A stretch of DNA of 34,407 nucleotides from assembly GCA_019429125.1 (NCBI GenBank), contig JAHYJO010000014.1, positions 10,335 through 44,741 on the forward strand. Direction: 5' to 3'. The notes beneath the pieces are model-generated. The model was not told the origin of the DNA. It ran no database searches and saw only the letters and a list, made by a program, of their open reading frames with translations. Origin of the DNA: Nanobdellati archaeon. Its GTDB lineage: Archaea > EX4484-52 > GLR71. Every line of letters begins with the position of its first letter. Position 1 is the first letter of the stretch. Made by a program: the position numbers and the translations under genes. Below, piece after piece: positions 10,448-18,579 of the stretch.

Positions 10448-10729
10448 CTAAAGTCTATTTATAATTTTTTCAAAATCTTTTGCGATATTTTTACCTTTTT
10501 CTGTCAGGCTGACAAATTTGACTCTGCCTTTTTTATCAAAAGAGACTATACCCTCATTGTGAAATGCTTCAAGAATTTTCATAGTGTGTGAATACGTACA
10601 ATCAACAATCTTTGCCACGGTTGATGCATAATTTTCACTATTTGACTGTAATGCAATAAGTATTTGCACAGGTTTCATATGCATAAACAATTCGGGCATA
10701 CAGCTACTATTATTATTAATTTTTACCAC
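10448..10729 (-). CDS. Winged helix-turn-helix (MarR-like) DNA-binding protein
   Basis: YASTVAKIVDCTYSHTMKIL...GIVSFDKKGRVKFVSLTEKG: helix-turn-helix plus wing with the LTEKG motif. Confidence 0.85.
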   Translation of the reverse strand: MVKINNNSSCMPELFMHMKPVQILIALQSNSENYASTVAKIVDCTYSHTMKILEAFHNEGIVSFDKKGRVKFVSLTEKGKNIAKDFEKIINRL

Positions 10730-10785
10730 CCTATTCTATTCTCATATTATTTTGTTGCTTGCCTATTTATATGTTTAGTTTTTTT

Positions 10786-10952
10786 GTACATTTAATTTTT
10801 CAAGTGATTTCAAAAAAATTGTAGTTAACATAATACTTCTATTTATTTTATAATTCATCATGAAATTAGTATATTAAACTGATATTTTATACGGTTTAAA
10901 AATGAACAATTATTAAAAAATATTTAAAATAACTATATTTTTGAACAGTGCC
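10786..10952 (+). mobile_element. IS6-like MITE copy (left end decayed)
   Basis: Colinear with 26872-27039 (AGTGATTTCAAA.AAA.TGTAGTTAA ... GTATATTAAA ... TTTTTGAACAGTGCC). Perfect 8-bp flanks GTTTTTTT at 10778-10785 and 10953-10960. Confidence 0.8.
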
Positions 10953-11016
10953 GTTTTTTTAAAACTATATAGTCTAATATATCTTTTAAACTATATAAGT
11001 GTGTAGAACAATCTAA

Positions 11017-11451
11017 TCAGTCAATATAACTTGTATTTGCCTCTTTTTTTGTAGCCTTAGCACGAGGCAAAGGTATTGGTGGTGGTAGTCTCATCTGATT
11101 TGCAATTATGACAGCCATAACTGATGCTTCAGAAAGTATTATATTGATTATATTTTCGGAGTCTACAGGTTCCATCTTTTTTTCATTGTTCCACAAGTCT
11201 ATGATATTTTCATATCCTTCGCCGTTATAATAGACTTTTCCCGACAATTCTATATTACCTATATCAATCTCTTTGTTTAAGTACTTTGTATAATATTTGA
11301 ATCTGACAGAAATCCCAGAACTTCCATCTGGCATATCTTCATTAACAATTCCTGTAATCTGATTATTGCTTGAGATCTGTATTGGGCCAAATGGCTGTTT
11401 TTTCTTTTCACAAGATATCTTGTCTATGACAAGACTGAGTATTTGTTTCAT
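11017..11451 (-). CDS. Conserved-looking archaeal hypothetical protein, possibly SecB-like fold
   Basis: 144-aa ORF with a beta-strand-rich N-half, helical C-half and a C-terminal LPPPIPLP. The fold is inference. Confidence 0.6.
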   Translation of the reverse strand: MKQILSLVIDKISCEKKKQPFGPIQISSNNQITGIVNEDMPDGSSGISVRFKYYTKYLNKEIDIGNIELSGKVYYNGEGYENIIDLWNNEKKMEPVDSENIINIILSEASVMAVIIANQMRLPPPIPLPRAKATKKEANTSYID

Positions 11452-11476
11452 AGAAAAAATAGTTCCCTAAACTTAT

Positions 11477-11680
11477 TTAACTCTTTGCCTGTGTTTTAAG
11501 TTTTTTATCTTTTTTTGCCTGTTTATCTTTCTCAATTTCTCTTACGACTGCGCCCATCTCAAAACAGCCACGACTACCAAGATATCTGACAACTCTTTGT
11601 TTAGATTTGCCGTCTATCCACTTGTTTTCTACAAGATACCAGTATTCATGGCCTTTAATCATCTTTTTTCTAAGAAACAT
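11477..11680 (-). CDS. Small basic protein resembling the N-terminal domain of IS1634-type transposases
   Basis: MFLRKKMIKGHEYWYLVENKWIDGKSKQRVVRYLG parallels MYLTITTKTVKGKKYRSAKIVESYWADNTCKHRVLKTLG of the transposase at 33071. Confidence 0.65.
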   Translation of the reverse strand: MFLRKKMIKGHEYWYLVENKWIDGKSKQRVVRYLGSRGCFEMGAVVREIEKDKQAKKDKKLKTQAKS

Positions 11681-11685
11681 ATCAA

Positions 11686-11970
11686 TCAGATTATTTCGTG
11701 GAATTTGAGTATCATAAATGCAAGGAATATTATGGTTGCAATCATAAAGATTATCTGTCCTATAGTATTTTTTGTAACCTTAACTTTAGGCAAAGATACT
11801 TTTTTTATTGCTTTTGGTGTTTTAGTCACGACTTTTTTTGGTACCACTATTGGTTTAGGTGCACTTACTTTAGCAACTGTATTAGTAGTCTTTCTTGCAG
11901 TTGTTTTTGTTGTAGCAGCAACCGCAGTCTTTTTCTTAATGCCTGTTGTCTTTTTTGTTTTTGTCACCAT
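11686..11970 (-). CDS. Lys/Thr/Ala/Pro-rich basic protein with a C-terminal transmembrane helix
   Basis: GAGGTG SD before the ATG. About 68 aa of low-complexity basic sequence with no acidic residue, then IGQIIFMIATIIFLAFMIL. Confidence 0.7.
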   Translation of the reverse strand: MVTKTKKTTGIKKKTAVAATTKTTARKTTNTVAKVSAPKPIVVPKKVVTKTPKAIKKVSLPKVKVTKNTIGQIIFMIATIIFLAFMILKFHEII

Positions 11971-12106
11971 TTCTGAAACACCTCAATTATGATAGTTGAT
12001 ATTATTTGGTTACAAGTTATATATATAATAAGTGGTGCCTAACAAAGTCTCAAAATTAAACCAGACTGACCCAATAAATATAAACACAACCCCCCAATAT
12101 ATTATC

Positions 12107-13468
12107 ATGGAAGTCATAAAAACGATTTTTGATCACGCCTTGAAAAAGATACGCCCTGACACAGAAGAGATTATATCTAATCAGATGATGTTTGATGACA
12201 TACGAAAGTTCATAAAAGAAAAATTTAAGATTGAAGCACTTCTTATGGGTTCGGTTGCTAAAAACACATTCATTGCAGGTGACAAGGATCTTGACATATT
12301 CATATTTTTTCCTCCAAGCACAAAAAAAGAAGTTCTAGAAGTGAAAGGTCTTCTTATAGGTAAAACAGTTTTCAAGAAATTTGGTGGCACACATCAGGTA
12401 AGTTACGCTGAACACCCCTACACAAAAGGAAAGATTGGCAGTTTTGATGTTGAGATAGTGCCGGCCTACCAGATAACATCAACTGAAAAGCTAATGTCTG
12501 CCGTCGACCGCACACCGTTTCACACTAAATATGTCTTAGAGCACCTAAAAAATCAAGATGACGTGCGCCTCCTAAAAAAATTCATGAAGACTATTGATGT
12601 CTACGGTTCAGACCTTAAGACCACAGGTTTTTCAGGGTACTTATGTGAACTTATGATACTAAAATGTGGAACATTCAACAACCTATTGAAACACGCACAG
12701 AAATGGGGCTATCAAGAAATTATGGACATTGAGAACAGTTACAAAAAACAAGAATACAAGAGTGTGCAGATTAAATTTAAGGACCAGCCATTGATTTTCA
12801 TAGACCCGACCGACAAGAATAGGAATGTTGCAGCAGTCCTATCAAAAGACAAGCTTGCGCGATTCATATATTTTGCAGGCAAATTCATGGACAACCCATC
12901 AATTGATTATTTTTTCAAGATTGAGAAACCAAAAGACCAAAGACAGATACTACGGTCTGCAAAAGAGCGTGGCACATTCTACATTGCAATAACTTTCAAA
13001 AGACCAGATTTGATAGATGATATATTATACCCTCAATTAAGAAGATTCAGAAGGCGCATTTTTGACTACCTTGAACACGAAGGTTTTGTCATATTGTCCT
13101 TCTGGGAATTTGGCAACGACAATTGCGGTATCGCTTTCGAGCTGTTGAACCAGACAGTCCCACGATTCAGAAAGATGATAGGTCCAAGCATATTCGACCC
13201 GAAAAAGAACAGGGATAATTTTAATGACAAATATGACGACATCTGGTTTGAGGGTGATCGCATGGTTGCCGAAGTCAGAAGAAAGCATTTCGATATAATG
13301 TCAGTTCTTGAAGCATTCTTTGACGGAGATATAAAAGCGTTAGCTGATAAAGGTGTGCCTGCAAATCTAGCGCAAGAGCTTGCAAAGAACTATTCATTGG
13401 TTGAGGGCAAAGATCTGCTGGACATTGAAAGCGACGAATTCTGGAAAGGTCTGAGCAAAAAGATATAA
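12107..13468 (+). CDS. cca: CCA-adding enzyme (archaeal class I)
   Basis: GSVAKNTFIAGDKDLDIF, YAEHPY, SAVDRTPFH, GFSGYLCEL, IDPTDKNRNVAA. ATG 12107 preferred to GTG 12032. Confidence 0.96.
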   Translation: MEVIKTIFDHALKKIRPDTEEIISNQMMFDDIRKFIKEKFKIEALLMGSVAKNTFIAGDKDLDIFIFFPPSTKKEVLEVKGLLIGKTVFKKFGGTHQVSYAEHPYTKGKIGSFDVEIVPAYQITSTEKLMSAVDRTPFHTKYVLEHLKNQDDVRLLKKFMKTIDVYGSDLKTTGFSGYLCELMILKCGTFNNLLKHAQKWGYQEIMDIENSYKKQEYKSVQIKFKDQPLIFIDPTDKNRNVAAVLSKDKLARFIYFAGKFMDNPSIDYFFKIEKPKDQRQILRSAKERGTFYIAITFKRPDLIDDILYPQLRRFRRRIFDYLEHEGFVILSFWEFGNDNCGIAFELLNQTVPRFRKMIGPSIFDPKKNRDNFNDKYDDIWFEGDRMVAEVRRKHFDIMSVLEAFFDGDIKALADKGVPANLAQELAKNYSLVEGKDLLDIESDEFWKGLSKKI

Positions 13469-13538
13469 AATATATAGGTCTGTCTGAAACTGATTTATAA
13501 TGCCTGATTACAAAATTATTTTATATTTTTCGTTACAA

Positions 13539-13966
13539 CCCAACTTTGACATTTCTGACCTTTTTTATTTTTTTTATCGTTTTTAAATGCTGTATCTGAC
13601 AGGCATTAGTATACCTATTGATTTCGTTTATTATGTTTTTTCACTTATTTTTTAATACTCTATTTGACAGTTTATATGCAAAAATTAAAATAAGTTATAT
13701 GGTTTGATTTATATTGAAATTCATATTTAATTTAGACTAAAAATCAAAAAAATTCACCAAAATTAGCTAAATGAATTTGACAGTTTGGCTAAAATTTAGA
13801 AAAAGTATAAAAAAGAGACATTTAGTCTTATTTTTATTTAAAAATGAGTCTATTTTTAGTAAAAAATCAAGAAATTGTATAATTTAATCAAGCAAAAATG
13901 CTCAATAATTGCCAACAGTCAAATAGTTTTTCAGAATAAAATAGACATTAAACTGTCAAACGTAGG
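13539..13966. repeat. Intergenic region with repeated TTTGACAGTTT motifs in both orientations (possible TIR-bounded element remnants)
   Basis: TTTGACAGTTT at 13663 and 13776 (+), AAACTGTCAAA at 13950 (-), variants at 13545 and 13914. 13663-13674 and 13949-13960 form a perfect 12-bp inverted repeat. Confidence 0.55.
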
Positions 13967-14309
13967 ATATAATATTTATCTATAAAATCTTCTATCTTTT
14001 TTGATAATTCCTTTCCCTAAATTTTGGACATGTTATACAAAGATAACCAGCGTGCATCTTCTAAACCTATAAATGTTCTCATTTGGTCATATCTATAGCT
14101 CAATCTTAAGATTAAAAACCTGAAAGTTTTGCAAAAATAAATGTACTGATAGTAACTAAAAGCTCGATATATTTAAGATTACCTGTTCTAGAGGATAAAA
14201 AGGATATTATTGTAAATAGGATTAAAGTAATAAATATACCATTAATTGCATAAATAGACTTCCTATACTCATATTTGAGCCATATACAAAATAATTAAAA
14301 AAGAAAGAA

Positions 14310-14567
14310 TCAGACAAGTGTACTGCTTATAGTTTCAATATCGCCCACACCATCAATTGCAGTAAGTGTGTTTTCAATATCATCCATGCCACCTTCTGAA
14401 TCTTCAGTAATGACCATGACAAGAAGTGCGCTCAGACCGAAAGCTATAGGTTCAACCTTCATATCAGCAACATTATGAACTTTATCTTTGATTTCTGCCT
14501 GTATCTTATCAAGATCAGTTTCAGCCGTGTCTGGCATAATCTTAAATGTTGTTGCAACTTTACCCAT
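14310..14567 (-). CDS. ef1b: Translation elongation factor aEF-1beta
   Basis: MGKVATTFKIMP...EPIAFGLSAL...EGGMDDIE; typical size and motifs. Confidence 0.96.
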   Translation of the reverse strand: MGKVATTFKIMPDTAETDLDKIQAEIKDKVHNVADMKVEPIAFGLSALLVMVITEDSEGGMDDIENTLTAIDGVGDIETISSTLV

Positions 14568-14587
14568 ATTTTATCTACCTCGTTAAT

Positions 14588-14749
14588 TTAAGGTCCTACA
14601 AAACCACATTTAGGGCATTTGTATTCGTTTACAAGTATCTTGCAACTGTCACATCTGACAATCTCTGCGCCAAGGCATTTTGGGCACTTGAACTTAGAAA
14701 AATTAATCCCTGTAGTAACATCTTTTCCGCATGTAATACATTTAGCCAT
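14588..14749 (-). CDS. Small Zn-ribbon protein (DUF1610/HVO_2753-like), absent from the ORF track
   Basis: Hand translation MAKCITCGKDVTTGINFSKFKCPKCLGAEIVRCDSCKILVNEYKCPKCGFVGP: four CxxC, C-terminal GFxGP, GGTGA SD, and the usual position upstream of ef1b. Confidence 0.93.
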   Translation of the reverse strand: MAKCITCGKDVTTGINFSKFKCPKCLGAEIVRCDSCKILVNEYKCPKCGFVGP

Positions 14750-14824
14750 ATAATCACCATTTATATTGATGAATAGGTTTTAGTAGAAATCTTTAAATAT
14801 TAAACCTTCACTGTTATTGTATGT

Positions 14825-14944
14825 GCCCTTGTAGTTTAGCTTGGATAGGACATTAGGTCGCGGTCCTAATAACCTGGGTTCAAATTTCAAAAATCAGGAT
14901 ATTTAAATATTTCCAGAATTTGTCTGAAAATCCCAGCAAGGGTA
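14825..14944 (+). tRNA. tRNA-Arg(GCG) with a 46-nt intron in the T loop (14885-14930); CCA not encoded
   Basis: Acceptor stem GCCCTTG/CAAGGGT, anticodon arm TTAGG-TCGCGGT-CCTAA, T stem CTGGG/CCCAG. Removing 14885-14930 restores the TTCAAAT loop. Confidence 0.88.
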
Positions 14945-15235
14945 TACTTCATCCTTTAGAGATTTTTATAAATATTTAGGGGATTTCAGTCGAACCATAT
15001 TCTTTTTCAATACTTCTATTTATTTCAACAATTGTGGGTCTGAGCTGTATACTTATGGAGATAAGGTTACGCCGTGACCATATCAAAAAATCAGACGGTC
15101 TGGATAATTATAGAGAATGCTGTCCTTACACATTTGAATGGGTTAATTTTCGAGAAATTATGGATTTCTGCCGACAAAAAATAGTTATTTATTAAACAAT
15201 CTATACTGTACTTATCCTAAAAAAACATTAGAAAA

Positions 15236-16189
15236 TCAAATTTTTGATATCATTAGATATATACGTTTCAAGATACGCAAGCCAATTAGTATTGGTATTG
15301 CTAAGAATATAAAAAATATCACATATTTGGTTGTAGATACAAGTACTGTAATACTTCCAGTAACTATGTCCATAAGTGAATTTGCAATATTGCTTAAAGA
15401 ATTCTTGACCTTAAGTCTAAGTTGATCTCCTAAGTTTTCAGGCATTACAGTTATCATCTTTTTTTCCTGAAGCACAATGTTTATTGTAGAATATTCACTT
15501 ATATCTTCCTTACCTGAAAGTGATGTTGCATATTGTTTCTCAAGCCTTTTAAGTTCCAGCTCTTTTTCAGTAATCCTAAAAAGCAAGTTAATCTGGTTTT
15601 CATCAAGGGCTATCTTCATGGTTCTATCTCGCAATTCTTCATAGTCTGTGAATGCAGAACTTAAGATTTCAAGCTCTCCTGTCTCTCTTTGCGTTGATAC
15701 TCTGTAAAATGATACAGAAAAGCTTTTATCATCATATCTCTCTTTTAGGTTGTCTACAAATACCTGAAAACTAGATTCATGAACCCTAACTTTAATATTA
15801 ATATTTGTATTATAGCTGTCTTCATATTTCCTAAGATCTTCTATATATCCATCAGATGATTCCGCAAGAGCACGAATATCTTCCGCATCAGTTTCTGCAT
15901 TTTCAGTCTCAATAGTCATTGAACCTTCTTTCACTTCAACATATGAGCCAGACATTGTGGGTGCATTAGTTTGTACCATTCCACTAAATCTGGATTCCTC
16001 AGATAGACCCATATTATATCCTTTTGTTGCTGAATCACTTATTGAATTTGTTTGGCTCATAAATTTTATGCTAGTTGTCTGAATTAATACGTTTAAGACT
16101 AGAAGAATAACTGCAAAAATAATTATAATTCCTACAAAAGACAATATTTTATTGTTTTTGATAAAAGTGATTATCTGTTCAGAATTCAT
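15236..16189 (-). CDS. DUF4349-family membrane-anchored coiled-coil protein
   Basis: N- and C-terminal TM helices, VKEGSMTIETEN...GYIE...IKVRV segment, coiled coil, YSTINI motif. Confidence 0.75.
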   Translation of the reverse strand: MNSEQIITFIKNNKILSFVGIIIIFAVILLVLNVLIQTTSIKFMSQTNSISDSATKGYNMGLSEESRFSGMVQTNAPTMSGSYVEVKEGSMTIETENAETDAEDIRALAESSDGYIEDLRKYEDSYNTNINIKVRVHESSFQVFVDNLKERYDDKSFSVSFYRVSTQRETGELEILSSAFTDYEELRDRTMKIALDENQINLLFRITEKELELKRLEKQYATSLSGKEDISEYSTINIVLQEKKMITVMPENLGDQLRLKVKNSLSNIANSLMDIVTGSITVLVSTTKYVIFFIFLAIPILIGLRILKRIYLMISKI

Positions 16190-16285
16190 AATTTATTTTG
16201 GTCTTTTTTAATATATATAACTTCTTATTTTGGCACAATTAATTTTTTGCATAATTTCAATATAAATTATAGTCAATAATTAATC

Positions 16286-16486
16286 TTATTTTTTTCCAGC
16301 AGAATCAACAGATTTATCTTGAACATGTTTATCAATAAGTCTTTTAAGTTCAAATATATGTTCAGCGCGCAAGAACACCCGTGCAAGAGAATCAAATTGT
16401 ATCATGAAATCATTGTGTGGGCTTACAATTTTCTTTAGAAATACAGCTGAACCTTTACTAAGATGCACAGTGTCGTATCCAGTCAT
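16286..16486 (-). CDS. Small hypothetical protein (66 aa)
   Basis: MTGYDTVHLSKGSAVFLKK...; the ATG lies ~30 nt after a TTTATA box, so it is preferred to the 16570 start. Confidence 0.45.
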   Translation of the reverse strand: MTGYDTVHLSKGSAVFLKKIVSPHNDFMIQFDSLARVFLRAEHIFELKRLIDKHVQDKSVDSAGKK

Positions 16487-16577
16487 TAGAATTCCACAAA
16501 GGTTATACATTTTGGAAGTATATAAATGGATATGTTGTGTATGGTAAGTGAATATCTTAAGTCTGCGCACTTTATGA

Positions 16578-17591
16578 TTATTTATATATTTTCTTTAGTA
16601 TTTTTAAGGGGTGTTTTGTATTTTTACAGAGAATAAACATAATCAGATATGCATATTTACCAAATAATTCATAAATTCGCCTATTTCTTAATGATTTTTT
16701 CATTTGTTTGTTAAGATGTTTTTTAATTATTGTTTCGTAATTTTCATCAGTAATAAAACTTTGTGCTGCATAATTTGCAGTCTGAATTGCATATCTCATA
16801 CCGAATCCCCACAGATAATCCTGAAACCCTCCTGCCTCTCCGATAAGTAATGCACCCATATCATCTTTTAGATTTTTTTTAATTTCAAAATGACCAAAGC
16901 CACTGAATCTTTTACCATTTTTGATATCATCCATGTTTATAAAATCTGAGAAATAATCGAGGGTCCTATCTAAATATTCATCACATTTTTTTGCACATTT
17001 CTTATTTAATACAGTTGCGATAGTACCATGTCCTTTGCGTATAAGTAGATATGCGTAAAAATCTTTTGCAATTTTATTATTATGTGCCATGTGGAATGTA
17101 TCTTCTGATTTTGTAGTGAATGTAATACCTCTTACAAGTCCACTAATTTTTTTTGGTCCTGTAGCATTAATATTTATTTTTATACCCTTAATGTAATTTT
17201 TATCAATATTAAAAAATACATTAACACCAACTTTTTTAGCTTGTTTTAATAAGCAATTATCAAGTGAATTAGGTTTCATTCCTCTTTGGATTAAGTATGC
17301 AAGTGTGTTGGTATCTTTGAAAATAAATTTATTATTTATTTTACCAACATGAAAGTCAATAGTATTCAATGGTTCATAATAAAAATCAGTATTAATTCCA
17401 AAACTTCGTATTTCTTCAAGAACATCAATATCTTCAGACCAATTTTCTATAGCTTGCCAGTCATCATTGAATCTTGTCCCAACAGTATTCTGAGATTCAT
17501 AAACATTTACATTATAACCATTTTTTGCCAATATTATTGCACAAGAAAGACCACTTATCCCTGCACCAAGTATGTTTATTGTTTTTGTCAT
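16578..17591 (-). CDS. NAD(P)/FAD-dependent oxidoreductase (geranylgeranyl reductase-like)
   Basis: INILGAGISG Rossmann motif, INATG, LIGEAGGFQDYLWGFGMRYA. Confidence 0.85.
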   Translation of the reverse strand: MTKTINILGAGISGLSCAIILAKNGYNVNVYESQNTVGTRFNDDWQAIENWSEDIDVLEEIRSFGINTDFYYEPLNTIDFHVGKINNKFIFKDTNTLAYLIQRGMKPNSLDNCLLKQAKKVGVNVFFNIDKNYIKGIKININATGPKKISGLVRGITFTTKSEDTFHMAHNNKIAKDFYAYLLIRKGHGTIATVLNKKCAKKCDEYLDRTLDYFSDFINMDDIKNGKRFSGFGHFEIKKNLKDDMGALLIGEAGGFQDYLWGFGMRYAIQTANYAAQSFITDENYETIIKKHLNKQMKKSLRNRRIYELFGKYAYLIMFILCKNTKHPLKILKKIYK

Positions 17592-17621
17592 AAAATCATC
17601 TCATTGTTATCATATTTATAT

Positions 17622-18563
17622 TCAATCTTTAATCACATCCTCAAACGAACTCTTAAATTTTTTCCCTGGTTTATGTTCATCATCATCAGTTGTATCATCA
17701 CAAGAGTCCTCACTCTCATCATCAACTACTTTATCCTTTGTATCGTCCGAATTTTCAACCTTATCAACAACTACTTCATCTTTTTTGACATCCAAATCGT
17801 CATCCATTTCCTCATCCAAATTTCTAACCTTCTCAGCAACACTTGAAACATCAAACCTCGCCTCTTCAGGCAGATACCCTGTCTTATCCCTTCTTTTAAG
17901 TATGACTTCTTTCTTCCTCTCAACAATCTCTCTCAATTTGGCTGGAAGCTCATCATCTTCAGAATAAGACACATCTCGTGCATCAATTGCCAAGACTTCT
18001 TCTTTCACTTCCTTACTCTCAGGCTTTTTCTCTTTCACCTTAATCACAACATCTTTTAAGACATCATCAATATTTGTAGTTCCAAAATATTCTTTAAGTT
18101 CAACTGCGCTCTCAATACCGAAATAATCAAGAAATTTTCGTGTTATATGTATTATATTAGTGTGTCCTGCCGCCTCACGCCGGATAAAACCTTTATCCTC
18201 AAGCTCATTTAAGTGATCATATGCTCTGTTTCCTCGCACCTCAACGACATTGCTCTGCTTGACCGGATTCTTGTACGCAATCAAAGAAAGTGTCTGTAGC
18301 ACAGCTTTAGGGAAATCTTTATGTGGTGCAAGTCCGCTAACATTACTTTCCATATCAGAATGAACTTTCATCTGATAAAGTCCGTCCAATTCAACAATCC
18401 TAAGTCCACGTTCACCGTACTGCTCGCGCATTTCATCAATCAATTTTTTAATCTTTAGTTTAGGTATTTTGACGACCTGATACAGTTCCGCAAGAGATAT
18501 AGGTTTGCCTGCAACAAAAAGAGCCGCCTCTATAAGTTTTTTATTATCTTGTTTCAACAACAA
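17622..18563 (-). CDS. scpB: Smc-ScpAB complex subunit ScpB with a long acidic tail
   Basis: LIEAALFVAGKPIS, LQTLSLIAYKNPVKQSNVVEVRG, TRKFLDYFG; TTG start after AGGTG. Confidence 0.93.
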   Translation of the reverse strand: MLLKQDNKKLIEAALFVAGKPISLAELYQVVKIPKLKIKKLIDEMREQYGERGLRIVELDGLYQMKVHSDMESNVSGLAPHKDFPKAVLQTLSLIAYKNPVKQSNVVEVRGNRAYDHLNELEDKGFIRREAAGHTNIIHITRKFLDYFGIESAVELKEYFGTTNIDDVLKDVVIKVKEKKPESKEVKEEVLAIDARDVSYSEDDELPAKLREIVERKKEVILKRRDKTGYLPEEARFDVSSVAEKVRNLDEEMDDDLDVKKDEVVVDKVENSDDTKDKVVDDESEDSCDDTTDDDEHKPGKKFKSSFEDVIKD

Positions 18564-18579
18564 ACACCTTTACTTGCAA

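Noticed and set aside
11597-11992. Hydrophobic + strand ORFs (131 aa and 92 aa)
   Set aside because: Antisense shadows of the Lys-rich minus-strand gene, which has the SD and operon context.
13972-14140. Possible HEPN-like pseudogene fragment on the minus strand (GLEDARWLSLY, IIKKIEDFIDK)
   Set aside because: The pieces are short, in different frames and separated by stops; too weak without a search.
14180-14203. TACCTGTTC...AAAAGG resembling the aspS att core
   Set aside because: Only a 9-bp exact match; compatible with chance.
14546-14776. 76-aa + strand ORF
   Set aside because: Antisense to the Zn-ribbon gene and the ef1b start.
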